DNA of 63,290 bases, counting the filler, from Asterionella formosa (taxonomy: Eukaryota): assembly GCA_002256025.1 (NCBI GenBank). It is 14 parts of 14 records of this genome, joined end to end, with 100 filler letters (N's around TTAATTAATTAA, not from the genome) between each part and the next. Parts side by side here need not be neighbours in the genome. Positions count along the whole stretch, not along the records: positions 1 to 4,444 come from NKIB01013519.1; positions 4,545 to 8,987 come from NKIB01013521.1; positions 9,088 to 13,526 come from NKIB01013522.1; 11 more parts are not named here. One strand, written 5' to 3'. Shown here in pieces: positions 1 to 12,000 of the stretch (the stretch's first letter is position 1; each line of letters opens with the position of its first letter). The notes under the pieces were generated by a model, which was given only the letters and a program-made list of their open reading frames with translations, was not told the DNA's origin and did not search any database. A program made the position numbers and the translations under genes.

Positions 1-40
1 TCGAGGATACATAAAAATCATACCATTATTTTGTTTCACC

Positions 41-1843
41 ATGTTTTGTCAGAGTTCTGAAAGGCCATTCAATTGCTATTCAGTTTCCGCCATGAACGAG
101 AGTAATGAAGGTGATTTGACAAAAGTGTGTGGGCAAGGAGTGTTCACCAAGCTTCGACTTTTGCCGAGGGGAGGGACGAAAGGAGATAACGTTTCCCCAA
201 CCTATAAGAATCGGCGAACGCGATTCTCGAAGAGGAAGAACAAGCAGCTTCATTCTGGATCGCCTTTCGATTTGACGCCCATTGATCTTCGAACCCCGCA
301 CCAGACTTTTATGACGGAGGATTCTTCCATTTGTCATAGCTTCCAGGCTCGCTCAATTCAGAGCGATGGTGAGCCCATCGCCCAATTTGAAGTCTTGCAT
401 ACGATAGATGATGTTAGCAATGGATTCATTAGTCTTTCATCGATGGGTGATAGCTCGCGAGACAGACGAGATCCAACTCCACGAGCGACGAATAGCAAGC
501 AACCGAACGACAAAGCTAAGAAATCGCAACATCTCAAACCCCAGGACCACCTGATCAATTCCCAGTCGTTGATTGTTTCTGCATTCGATGAGGCTCCCAC
601 AGGCGATCATCAATCGTTTCAGAGTACAATTTCGAGCAAAGAATCTGGAGATGCAATAGACGACATTGCTGCGAAGGACAAAGAAAAACAAGAACAAATG
701 GTGACTGCCATGAAAAACATGATTATAAAGCAGCAACACAACCTAAGCACTCTAGCAGAAAAAAACCAAGTGTATCGAAACCGTCTTGTTGCTTCGCATG
801 ACAGGGTAATTGACCTTCGCAAGGAGCATCTTGAACAGAAGGACGCGATCAGCAAACTTCAATTTGAACGCGAGTCTTTCGAAGCCGAAGCTATCTGGCT
901 CCGAGAAGAACTTCTTTCTATGAAAGACCAAATTCAATCCTTGGCCAATAACAGCACTGAAAGCCAACCTAATCTCGAATCTATGACCCCGAATTCGCAG
1001 CATAGACCGGACAGAGCAACACGAGATCGAGCATCATCTGAGACCCGATGGTCCAGACCACAGGGATTCATTCTCGACAGGAACAAAGATTGTCCATTTG
1101 TGGAAGACGAAGTAGCCTTAACGTCACCTCGAGCCGATATACTGGCACCTACAACTATTCGTCCAAATCTTCGAGTGATCACAGATGCTGAGCCATCATC
1201 TCCGATTTCCCATTCGCCAGATAATAATGTTGCCTTACGACCGGCCGTGACCCAACTGACTCCCAACAATAATGAATCTCGATTTGCAAAAGCGCCGACG
1301 AAGATATCCAGTCCAACCTCCGAGGCGAGCCCGTCTCCTTCCTTGATTCCTCGTCAACTATCACTTTCACCCCGGCAAACGGCATCAATCACCGAGTCAG
1401 ACGCCGACCTCCAATGGGCTCGTGATCAAATGAAAACTCTGGCATTGATCAAGAAGGATATCAAGTCGAGAGATTCCGTGGCTGCTGAGAAGTTTCAGAA
1501 TGGACCAACAGGCAATAAAGAAATGTCACCTAGAGCTTTCATTGTTACTTCCTCTCCAAAATCGATTCTCCAATCACGAGTGATGAAGCTCCGAGCAACA
1601 TTGGAAAAGATGCAAATCAACAAAAAGGATAACAAAATCAAAATGGTCGAAAACAGAGACGAATCCAACTCCCTTCGAACCGAAGTTGGCCTGACTGGCC
1701 AGGAAGGAAATGGAAACAAACGGGAAATTCTTGATGTTGGTGTGTACCAACGGGCTGATGTTGTAAAGCGCTCAGAACTTCGTGTACATTATCAGCTGAA
1801 AGGAAGGGTAAGAATGTCCCACGATGGAATCGATTCCATCTAG
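41..1843 (+). CDS. Hypothetical protein, S/P-rich and largely disordered, with a central coiled coil
   Basis: 600-aa open frame with a heptad-rich segment (KEKQEQMVTAMKNMIIKQQ...LREELLSMKDQIQSL). No recognisable catalytic motif. The 3' end could be altered by an intron. Confidence 0.7.
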   Translation: MFCQSSERPFNCYSVSAMNESNEGDLTKVCGQGVFTKLRLLPRGGTKGDNVSPTYKNRRTRFSKRKNKQLHSGSPFDLTPIDLRTPHQTFMTEDSSICHSFQARSIQSDGEPIAQFEVLHTIDDVSNGFISLSSMGDSSRDRRDPTPRATNSKQPNDKAKKSQHLKPQDHLINSQSLIVSAFDEAPTGDHQSFQSTISSKESGDAIDDIAAKDKEKQEQMVTAMKNMIIKQQHNLSTLAEKNQVYRNRLVASHDRVIDLRKEHLEQKDAISKLQFERESFEAEAIWLREELLSMKDQIQSLANNSTESQPNLESMTPNSQHRPDRATRDRASSETRWSRPQGFILDRNKDCPFVEDEVALTSPRADILAPTTIRPNLRVITDAEPSSPISHSPDNNVALRPAVTQLTPNNNESRFAKAPTKISSPTSEASPSPSLIPRQLSLSPRQTASITESDADLQWARDQMKTLALIKKDIKSRDSVAAEKFQNGPTGNKEMSPRAFIVTSSPKSILQSRVMKLRATLEKMQINKKDNKIKMVENRDESNSLRTEVGLTGQEGNGNKREILDVGVYQRADVVKRSELRVHYQLKGRVRMSHDGIDSI

Positions 1844-2106
1844 ATAGATTCCTTGGGAGGCAAGCTCGTTGTCTATGGAACTCTGCCTTATAAAGGCGTC
1901 AGTATGGTTGTGTGTCAAGAAGTTAATGGACGTTTTGTGGGAGATAATGCTCAATAAATTTTCTCAAAATATATCATCTCAAGGTTTTTTTAATATTTAG
2001 CTAGATGAAAAGATTGAGAAACAAGGGACCTCGAGATTTAGTGAATTTTCCAATCATGTTTTATAATACATAAAAAGTGTAACCTGCAAAGGCTTCCCCG
2101 CTTGCA

Positions 2107-2898
2107 TCACCACCAACAGGGTGCGACAGTTTCCTTCAATGCATTGCCAACATGCTCAAAAAGAAAGTTGAGCTGGTTTAAACGTTTTTCGCTCCACTTT
2201 GGATTGCCTTCCTCCTCTTGTTTCATCGTTGAGGGTTGTTTGTAGTCAATCACATATGACACTACCTTCGCCTCATGCCATCGTTGTGCACGAACCATTG
2301 GAACAATTTGCGCGTCCCAAAGCTCTCCCTCATACTTGATCCAGTGTTCTGCTAGCGTGGCCTTGAATGCGATTGGGCCCACGGTCCAATCGACTGATGG
2401 AAAGCCTGTCAGTTTCGCCAATGAGTCTAGATACAAATTAGCAAATTGCTCTGAATGCCACTGCTCAATTGGATAGCTATGAATAAACGACTCAGGCGTT
2501 CTCCTTGGATTGCAAATGTCTGCCTTCGTCTCCATCATGAATTCAACAACTTTCTTCCAATGGCAGATCATCCCGATCTTTTCTGGTTCTTGAAATGCAA
2601 CGAACCCCCCAGAATCCTTGAGAAGCTCTGCAGCAAATGCAATTCCTTCTCTCAAGGCTGCTCCCTTCTTCCCACTTGAGGATTGCCTCTGAACGAGGAC
2701 GAACTCTTGGGCTCCCACCCTTCCACATTCTGTCAATTCGCGAGCAACGCTGTCAATTGGTGATGCGTCGATAAGGAGCAAATGAATTCCAGCTTTTCCT
2801 GCTTCGCGGCAGCATTCTTTTGCCAACTCGTATCTGATGTCGTCTATTGTGACATAGAAGGTTGGAGCCACCACAATAATTGAAGTACTAATGTCCAT
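2107..2898 (-). CDS. Hypothetical protein, probable GT-A-fold (glycosyltransferase-like)
   Basis: Intronless 263-aa ORF. Motifs LLLIDASP, KGAALREG, FQEPEK, PRR..SYPxEQ..SE and DWTVGP resemble a GT2-like Rossmann domain. Assignment is from memory. Confidence 0.55.
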   Translation of the reverse strand: MDISTSIIVVAPTFYVTIDDIRYELAKECCREAGKAGIHLLLIDASPIDSVARELTECGRVGAQEFVLVQRQSSSGKKGAALREGIAFAAELLKDSGGFVAFQEPEKIGMICHWKKVVEFMMETKADICNPRRTPESFIHSYPIEQWHSEQFANLYLDSLAKLTGFPSVDWTVGPIAFKATLAEHWIKYEGELWDAQIVPMVRAQRWHEAKVVSYVIDYKQPSTMKQEEEGNPKWSEKRLNQLNFLFEHVGNALKETVAPCWW

Positions 2899-3051
2899 CA
2901 GCGTCAGGTATCGTTGATTGCCAATTACGGCATAACCTCACAGTACAGAAATGAATACCCGGTAATAATTAACTTTTATGTAATGACTCACAAACTGGCT
3001 GTCGGCGGTTTGCTATCGTTGTGGTTGCTTCCTTCCTTGTCACGAGAATAC

Positions 3052-4444
3052 TGTCAATTGTGGACTCGATTATAGTCCAATGAATCAAACAGATCATTCC
3101 CATGTCAAGGAACTTGCTAACAAGATTGATGTTTCAGATCAGAAGAAGGTTGTATTAGCGAAAAGGTAACACAAAGAACAGGCTCTCAAAATGTAATGAA
3201 TGGGATTGAATCTAGGTTTTTTAGGATAAGCTAATTAATTTGAGAAACAGTGAGAATTGACAGAGAAAGGTCAATAGCGAAAACTAGAAAGTAGGCTAGC
3301 AACATGGGAATAAGTACTAGTTCTAAAACAGCAGGCAAGTTCTTCATAAGGAGATATCCACAGACAGGAAGGATTACAAAAGCTTTTAACATACTCTATG
3401 GCGAGGATCTAAAGAATACTCATGATAGTGCTGGCTGATGATGAGGCATGATCTGTACGAATGCCCACATTTGATGGACAAGAATCAAACTGGCACATTT
3501 GGAAAGCAAAGTTCATTGCGTATGCATGCCACGAAAGTTTCGACAGTATACTAAGTGGTCAAGAGCTTTCACAAGGAGAGAAGGACTCCAAGTGAGAAAA
3601 AATCGAGTTGACAGATGCTCAAGAAAACTGTACTGGGTTTAACAACACTGTTGCATACACCAGACTAATTTCTATGGCATGTCAAAATGGACCATTTGGT
3701 CATGTGAAAGGAGCAAGGAGCGTTGAGTTTCACAATGGGAATGCACAAGAAGCATGGGAGAAACTACTCAGTATTTACGAGTCTGACAACATGGCAAGTG
3801 CAATTGCACTGGCCAGTGCATGGACGAAGTACAGACTCTGAGAAAACAAGAACCCTGACATCTGCCTGGTATGTTGAGCTTGATTATTCAAGAAAGATTA
3901 AGTTACACTGACTCACCGATTTCGGATGGTGCATATGTGGCACACATGATCAACAATCTACTGGATTTCTAAAAGTTTGATCATGGGATGTGTTGGTCTT
4001 GTGTGATCTGCGCTTCCTAGTAGGATAGAAAAACTCAAAACAGACATATGGGATTGCATCGATTCGTATGTTCTTGTTGATGGCAAGATGAACGAGAAAG
4101 GAGAACAAGAATTTGTCTTTAAGAGAACAAAGTGCAAAGGAGATTGCAGGAAATGTGGCAAGTATGGCCGCAAGGCCAGTGATTGCTGCAGTAAGGAGGG
4201 CGATACCGGCAAAATTAAAGAGCTAACATAATTAGCATTGCAGAATTATTGGAAAAGGTAGCCATATCATCTTCAGAGGCGACAAGATGACAATGAAAAA
4301 CGAATGGCTTTTTGATTTGTATGAGGGATCAAACGAGATGATTTGGAGCAATGTAGCACATCTATGGAACTCCTCTAATCAAGATTGCGGCTTTGTAAAA
4401 AATTCAACAAGTCGACGAGAGTATGACATTAACGAAAGAAGAAT
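3052..4444 (+). mobile_element. Degenerate Ty1/Copia retrotransposon 5' part (possible LTR about 3052-3391, then gag remnant)
   Basis: Broken frames encode MPTFDGQESNWHIWKAKFIAYA, GNAQEAWEKLLSIYE and a decayed zinc knuckle CRKCGKYGRKASDC, with many stops and frameshifts. The TG...TTAACA LTR boundaries are tentative. Confidence 0.7.
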
Positions 4445-4543
4445 NNNNNNNNNNNNNNNNNNNNNNNNNNNNNNNNNNNNNNNNNNNNTTAATTAATTAA
4501 NNNNNNNNNNNNNNNNNNNNNNNNNNNNNNNNNNNNNNNNNNN
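4445..4543. other. Artificial contig spacer (N-run + TTAATTAATTAA six-frame stop + N-run). Others at 8988, 13527, 18065, 22597, 27127, 31653, 36179, 40704, 45225, 49744, 54261 and 58776
   Basis: The same ~100-nt linker occurs 13 times, and the contigs between them fall steadily from about 4444 to about 4415 nt. Confidence 0.98.
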
Positions 4544-4826
4544 NGCTTCACAAAAATCCATGTACAGGTGATTGATGTAATATACCCGGTAGCAGGGAAC
4601 AACAGCCTGTTAGAGTCCAGAGTTCATTTGGTGGTGGGTTACCTTTATAAAGCATCATCTGGCCCATCATTTGATATTCAACGAGTGCATATGATGAGCA
4701 AGCGAGTTCACGCAAAATATTATCCTGTTTCCACTCCTACTAGAGGATCAGACTGCAGACCCAGACCAGCCATTTCTAGTCATCCATTCATCAATACTCC
4801 AGAATACCTGGTATGGTACCAGGGTA

Positions 4827-5691
4827 CCAGCAAAAAACTGCTGTGACCCACTAAAAAAAAATTGGAACCGCTGTGACCCACTGAACAGGAGAAAAACACG
4901 GTTTGACCCCACCAAATGCCAATATGTTAATTTTAAAACTTCGACCCAAATCCTGACCATCTACGCTTTAAGGATATGCCATTAGATTTAAGTTTATAGC
5001 AATTTGTTTCAACTAAAATATTGGTTGAAAAGTGCAATCGACGAAAATATTGCCAGAACACGGATTACCCCATGTTTTAAGGATTCATTGTTTTGTGATA
5101 TAGGCAACTAAATACAAAAATATCGCATGCGATTTATTTTGCCGATGATTCTTGTCATTAACATATCCCTATCCCCTGACATTGATTAAGTAATTTCAGC
5201 ATGAATAAACGGGCGCGCCAAGGTCAACCCACATACCATCAGCCCCCGTACAACAATGCGAAGAAAGTGTGCACCGAAACCGGTACCAGGTACATACCGG
5301 TATGTGTTGACGGCTGAATGCATTTGTGTGTGATTGTGATGTACCGGGATGTACCGGTATCCTGGTACAGCAGGTACTCGGATAAATCTGGATACGAAAA
5401 TTCTTCTTAAAAATAATTTTTCGAAAACCAAACGGGGTAATCCGTGATCGTAATGGTATATAAAATTATATTCAACTATAGATAGAAATTTAAGTACGGC
5501 TGTGACCCATTACCGGCAAATTTTGTCCACATAAAAGGGTTCGTATCTCAGTACCTCGACAGATCCACAACTTGCTGACTCCTTTGGTTAACAAGACATG
5601 CAAGTTTGATTCTCGCAAGACATGGAATAGGTTTAGTCGAACTAATCAAACGAATAGGAGAACTCAGTGGGTCACAGCAGTTCTTTACTGG
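4827..5691. mobile_element. MITE of Tc1/mariner/pogo type with 26-bp TIRs and TA target duplication
   Basis: TA|CCAGCAAAAAACTGCTGTGACCCACT (4827-4852) and AGTGGGTCACAGCAGTTCTTTACTGG|TA (5666-5691) form a 24/26 inverted match. GCTGTGACCCA is repeated internally and there is no coding capacity. Confidence 0.85.
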
Positions 5692-5940
5692 TACTTTTCT
5701 TTATGTATGGAGCCAAGCTACCAGGTACCGGCACTTGTACCCTGCCTGGTACCAGTAGTTTCTTCGTCTATGGAAGGGTTTACAGGCATAGGTACCTGGT
5801 GGCATGGTAGTCTACCGGCACCTGGTCCGGAGTAGAATACCGGTATACAACTCCATTTACCGGTAACCATGAAACGAAGAATATAGAACAATATACCTAC
5901 CTTTACACTACTGGTAAGCAAATTAGGTAAAATACACCGC

Positions 5941-7769
5941 CAAGTAAAAAACTGCATTGACCCGCAGGGAAAATTTTCGAACTGCATCATTTTCTATTTC
6001 TTAGTATGCTCCAGAATGTATCTTGAGCATACTGTATACCGGATGGAGTCATACTGTTAGTTCTCAGCCGATTGGACGTCGATCTTTCGTTTTAATTTAG
6101 GTCAAAAGTGGCGATCGAAAAAAAGGTGAAAAGCACAGATTATCCCAAGTTTGGAGTTCTCATCTTGTATTGTGTACAATTATGCATATAAATCTCTCGC
6201 ATTTTATGTCTTTTCCATAACCTTGTCCATAATGATTCTATTAAAAAAATTAATGAAACCCGGGTCGGCCGTGTAATACCGGTATCTGGTATGTATGTAC
6301 CGTAGTCAGACCATCATAAGTACTGGTACCTGGTACCTGGTACCTACCCATGGGGACAAAACTGGTACATCTATGATAGTATCAGGAATGGTACCTGGTA
6401 CTGGTATGTACGGGTTTAATGTATGGAGCATCATCCATTTTATGTCTTTTCGCTTTGAACCAAACAGGATAATCCGTATTGACCAACAAATATAAAATTA
6501 CTTTCAGGTTTGTTAAAAATTTCATTCAGGTTTGTTAAAAATTTCATATACTCCATTGACCCAGTGAGACTGAATTTTACGTCTATGTTGATGAATATAA
6601 ATATCTTTTGAACCAGATGTTCAATTTTTAACTATGGCTGGATGCATGATGAAACTACATTGGGTAGCCATCGTAGCTACCCGTACAAAATAATTCTGGC
6701 TACCAGTACAACATAATTTTAGCTTAAGTAAAATGTTCAATATAAATTGCATACATATGAATAAAGTTTATGTACACATGCATCCGCGATCTCGTTGTTG
6801 TCGTTGTTGCATTCATTCATGACAAACATGAAATCGAAGTCCATTGCGCAGCGATGGCTGTGAAATCGTTGTTGTATCTTCATTGCAACTTCTACATGAT
6901 CTTATTTTTAAGACATTCCTGTACAGTTTCAACTCCAGCTTGCCCACTATCAAGCTCAAGAGTGTGAAACCATTGGTCATGTAGGCGTGGATCTCCGTGC
7001 CCAACAAAAAATAGTTCATATAAAAAGCAAAATGTGTCGTCCCGTGCCGCTTCCGGTGTGTAATAGTAACGCTACTCATAGCTTTAGTCGTTGCTGTAAC
7101 AAATCGATAGTTCTATTTGCAATCCTATAAATTGACGCATGTTCTTCTCAATTGTAGATTCGTAATTTCTTATGCAATTTTAAGATATCTCTATATTTCC
7201 TTTTCTATTGCATCTTTCATACAATGATATCTTAGAACTCAAAGGCGCAGCGACTCCTTTGCCATTTTGATGGAGAAATAGCTGATTATCAACATGGTCA
7301 ATGTGTTGACGACAACATGTTGACGAGTCTCTCAATACCTGGTACCAGGGTGCTAGTAGCATGTACACACAGGCTCCGTAAGATGATATGATATTTGTTA
7401 TTATATTCCGGTCATTTTTATTTAGGCTACGCATATGCATATTAGCTACTGCTCACATATATCTAGATGTTCGTAGCTGGCCTGTCACCGTTGACAATCC
7501 TTGTTACTCCATGATACACTGTGAACAAATTAGTGATACAGTGTCAAGTTTGGAATGAATGAAATTCAGTTCAAATCGAGTTACCATTGCTGATACATTT
7601 TCAAAAAATTTCAAATTCCGTGATACACGAAAAAAATGATAAGAACGGCCCTTATAATATGACATCAATACTTCCGAACAAATTTCAGAGAGGCAGATGC
7701 AAGCTAAGTGCTAGTCGAATTAGTCAAACTAATAGGATAAAACAGTGGGTCAATGCAGTTTTTTACAGG
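5941..7769. mobile_element. Second MITE of the same family, carrying a nested repeat
   Basis: Perfect 20-bp inverted repeat GTAAAAAACTGCATTGACCC (5944-5963) / GGGTCAATGCAGTTTTTTAC (7747-7766). The right end ACAGG|TA and its subterminal sequence resemble the 4827-5691 element. Confidence 0.75.
7075..7651. mobile_element. Dispersed repeat family A, right end of a PIF/Harbinger-like non-autonomous element
   Basis: About 580 bp shared with 55955-56585. It ends ATGATAAGAACGGCCC|TTA, and the same terminus recurs at 14064-14082. GGG-starting TIR plus TTA/TAA target fits PIF/Harbinger. Confidence 0.65.
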
Positions 7770-7780
7770 TACCCTGGTAC

Positions 7781-8711
7781 CTGGAAGGTGCAGTAGCACA
7801 CATTTATATGCACCTTTTCAGTTTCGATGCACTCCGAATGGATCATTTCATGCCTGCCAACCAAGATAGGCCAGCTTTCGATGAAAATAATATCACTTAC
7901 TCTTATTGACTGATGACGATTTGCTGAATGATGAACGGGTTCAAGAAACTGTAGTTCTTGTGCGTAGCTAGAGAATCCTGCATGATGCTGTCTCCGCCTT
8001 GACCATGTCGAAATTAACAAATTTCTCTATGGAAAATGAAAACGATGCTATGCTGTCTGGTAAATATATCTAACACAACAAAAATAATATATTCGTTAAA
8101 AAAATGTAATAACACTAATATTGACAACGAAAATTGAAATCGCCGATTGGCACATTGCTTCATGTACTAGCTTAGGTGATACAAAATTCAAAATGGCGAA
8201 GTTACAAACAGATTTGACACTTATACAGTATGCAGCACGCTACACTACGGTGTTTGATTCTCTATTTAAGTTATGTTGATTAATAGTCCATTGACATTTT
8301 CAAAATGGCGCTTTTGTTTATGATTGCTGATATGACTACTAGAAATCTGCTGACAATGATTAGAATTTGCTGACATTGATCAGAATTTGCTGACTATATC
8401 TAGAAACTGCTGAGTATGACTTGAAAGTCCTGACTACTAGAAGTAACTGTTTTTTGATTGGTGAATGCCATTAGCAAACCGTCATCCAGTTGTTGAATAC
8501 CATTACCAGTCGTAGTAGTAGGTGAACTCGATTTCGATGATCAGAACACGACTTGGATTTAATGAATTATAATTTAAGCATTGAAGAAAGTTACTTCAGA
8601 GAGTTTGGAATGAAAAGCCAGACTATCTTGTCCTGCAGGCAGGAGACGATCCATTGGGAATGCGTCGAAACTGAAAAGGTGCGCATAAACGTGCGTCACC
8701 GGACCTTCCTG
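7781..8711. mobile_element. MITE with ~90-bp imperfect TIRs (CAGGAAGGTCCGG-type end, possibly hAT-related)
   Basis: 7781-7869 is the reverse complement of about 8622-8711 (shared core GCACCTTTTCAGTTTCGA..AATGGATC..TGCCTGC..CAAGATAG). Internal ~20-bp GCTGAC repeats lie at 8320-8440. No TSD found. Confidence 0.75.
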
Positions 8712-9087
8712 GCAGACAAAATTCGTCGTCCATTCTTTCGTTCGCCGCTTTCTTTGGCGGACACCCCCATAAATAAACACCGGTACCTCTGGCCGGGTAC
8801 CTGGTACCTGGTAGGACAACCTGGTACCAGGGGCACCAGGTACTAAGCGATAGTATAATGCTGGTTGGTCCTCGTTCCTACCAAGGGTATGGTACCAGGG
8901 TACTATTCAGGGCGTGTAATAGCTGTCGTACCAGCTATCTTCTCACAAAACGAAATCAAAACAATGGCATATTACGGCGGCGATTCCNNNNNNNNNNNNN
9001 NNNNNNNNNNNNNNNNNNNNNNNNNNNNNNNTTAATTAATTAANNNNNNNNNNNNNNNNNNNNNNNNNNNNNNNNNNNNNNNNNNNN

Positions 9088-12000
9088 AAGTGAAAGTTTA
9101 AGTTGACGACTTCTTCGTTACTATTAATTTCATCAACTGTATTCGATTGACACAGTACAAGGTTCAAGGCCTGCGATACGGTCGATTACGGTAGTTGAAA
9201 CAACATTGTTTCGAAATAAAAATAAATAAAATAAAAACATTAAAACAAAAGGAGCCAGCCGTTTTGAGACTCACATGGAAGGCTGGAGTTTCGACATCTC
9301 AATCGCGGAATTTACATTCTATAGATTCGAGTAGCGCAGCTTAAGGCCACAGCCACCAATCAAGGAACCAACAGCGACAATTTGAAGAGATTTGACCAAC
9401 AAACCCCATGAGCACCACCCCAGACGCAACGATCAGCGGCAGCACCAGTGGGCGAGGGCGAAGGGACAACCGTCTGCACGGGAGCCGTGGTGGGCGGGCA
9501 AGGACACAAGCGACAAGCAACAACCGTGGCATTTTCAAGGGCAGCGCGGAGGGCATGAACGGAAACGTATTTGAATGCTATTAAGAACAAAGTGACAGAC
9601 GCCAGTACGCCAAAACGTTAGAAGTTCTAGATGGATATGTGAGGAAAACACTGAAGTACTCTGAAGACCTTGCCCCTTTGTTTGCCGACACCATGGCGGT
9701 TCCCATGGTAGACATGCCAGATGACCTAGATGATGATGCAGGACTGACCATGAAAATGATTTTCGCAGAAGAAGTAAAAACGTATGTCAAGCGCAATCAT
9801 ACCCTGAAGAGCAACCTAGCAACAGTGTATGCGGTGATTTGGGGCCAGTGTAGTGATGACATGAAGGCAAAGGTCAAAACGCACGATGACTACAAGGACA
9901 AGACTGCCAACAACGATTGTTTTTGGCTTCTAAAACAGATCAAGTCGATTACTTTACAGTTCGATCAGAGCAGGAACGGTTTCATTGCACTTTTGGACGC
10001 TCAGACCAGTTTCCTCACTTATCGTCAGTTACAAGCAGGACAGTCTGCAGAAGACTACGTTGAGTGTTTGCGAGGATGGGCTGAGACCATTGATGACCAT
10101 GGCGGCACCGTGGCAGCAAATTATAAACTGGTACCCTTCCAGGATCAGGACGGGAATGGGCATAGCATTGAAGAGCGAAAGGAGATTGCGTGTGAACACA
10201 CCCTTGCAATCGCTTTGATTCGAAGAACTGACCCCACCAGGTATGGCACCCTCATTGCTGACCTGTCAAACCAGTATGCTATGGGAATTGACCAGTACCC
10301 CACCGATTTGTTGTCAGCCCAAAGCCTTCTCGTCAACTACAGAACTCCAACGAACACCAACGTCAGGAGAGATACACCACGCTCCCAGCCGACTGGAAGC
10401 CCTGAGGCCAGCGAAATGACGTTTGCGCAACATGGCGAAATCGCAGGCAATAATGGAGTGTTACATGATGGCATCATCTGTTACAACTGCCAAAGCCTAG
10501 GACACTACGCGGGAGACTGCCCTGACAGGCAGGGATCGACGACCTCAGGCACTACATTGACGCAGTATGCATACATGCTTGCACAGACCGGCGACCCTGG
10601 GATTGATCCTAAGTGGATCCTTCTCGACTCGCAGTCGACAATCTCCGTGTTCAAGAACGCCGACATGCTCAGCAACATCCGGCGTAGCTCTTACGTACTC
10701 AGGGCGCTCACAAATGGGGGCTACCAGGACTCCAACATGGTAGGAGATTTTCCCAACTTGGGTAAGGTTTGGTACAACCGTGAATCAATTGCCAACATCC
10801 TCTCCCTTGCTGAGGTGCGCAAGGTATGCCGCATCACCATGGACTCTGCGGACGAGCCCGCGATGCTTGTCCATAGACTCGATGGAACTGTGATGAAATT
10901 TCTTGAGCACCCCTCAGGACTATAAGTGTTTAGTTGTAACAACGATACTAACGACAGTGTTACAGGTTATATTATGCTATCCACAGTAGCAGAACAGAAG
11001 AAACTATTCTCACGACGTGAAATTCGATCAGCCAATGCAGCCAGAGATTTGTATAGAAAGATCGGGCGGCCTGCCGAGGCGGAATTCCAATCCATCCTAC
11101 GGAACAACTTGATTAGAAATTTCCCAGTGACGCCAGACGACGCCAAGCGCGCCCTCATTATTTACGGTCCAGACATCGCTGTCATAAAAGGTAAAACTAC
11201 GCGGTCGCGCGCCGCCCCAAGAGCGCCAACGTTTGTGGTCGAACCGATTCCTGCCCCAATCCTGGAGCATCACCACAACGTAACTTTGTGCGCCGATTTC
11301 TTCTTTGTTCAGGGTCTACCATTTTTTCATACCATCTCACGCGGTATCGGTTTCCGAACCGTGGACCTGGTTCCCGACCGGACCAAGACTACCATTCTAC
11401 GCAAAATTCGGAGTGCGGTCCGCCTCTACCACCTACGCGGTTTACAGGTTTGTGATGTGCATGCTGACAGTGAACTCGAGTGTGTTCGTGAGGACTTGCA
11501 ACCTATCGCATTAAACATTGTACCTGCCGACAGTCACGTTGGTGAGGTGGAACGGTCCATCCGAACCATCAAGGAGCGACTACGCTCCTGTGCACACGGC
11601 CTACCTTTCAAGCGTCTTCCACGGGTGATTATCAACCATATGGTGATCGATGCCGTTCGATGTCTAAACCAGTTCCCATGGGCAAACGGCATCTCAGACA
11701 CCATGAGCCCCGCATGCATTGTCACGGGCGCTGCCAACCCAGAATACAACCAAATGCGCATTGAGTTTGGGACCTACGTCCAAGTTTTTGAAGACAACGA
11801 CCCATCCAACACCCTTCAAGCGCGTTCCCTCGGAGCAATTGCCCTTACCCCCACTGGCAATGCCCAAGGTGACTACTACTTCATGTCTCTTGCAACCGGC
11901 ACTAAGATTTCCCGACATAATTGGACGGAGTTGCCCATGACGGACACCGCCATTGCCCGCGTGGAGGCGCTCGCAGCACACGAGGGGCAGCCCCCCATCC

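Noticed and set aside
5186..8846. Many short ORFs rich in VPGT/WYLV/YQVP
   Set aside because: They are translations of the GGTACC-type motif chains inside MITEs, not proteins.
10920..10930. In-frame TAA between Copia ORFs as programmed read-through
   Set aside because: It falls in the conserved GLY motif (TAT/TAC to TAA), and the element has other stops and a frameshift, so decay is more likely.
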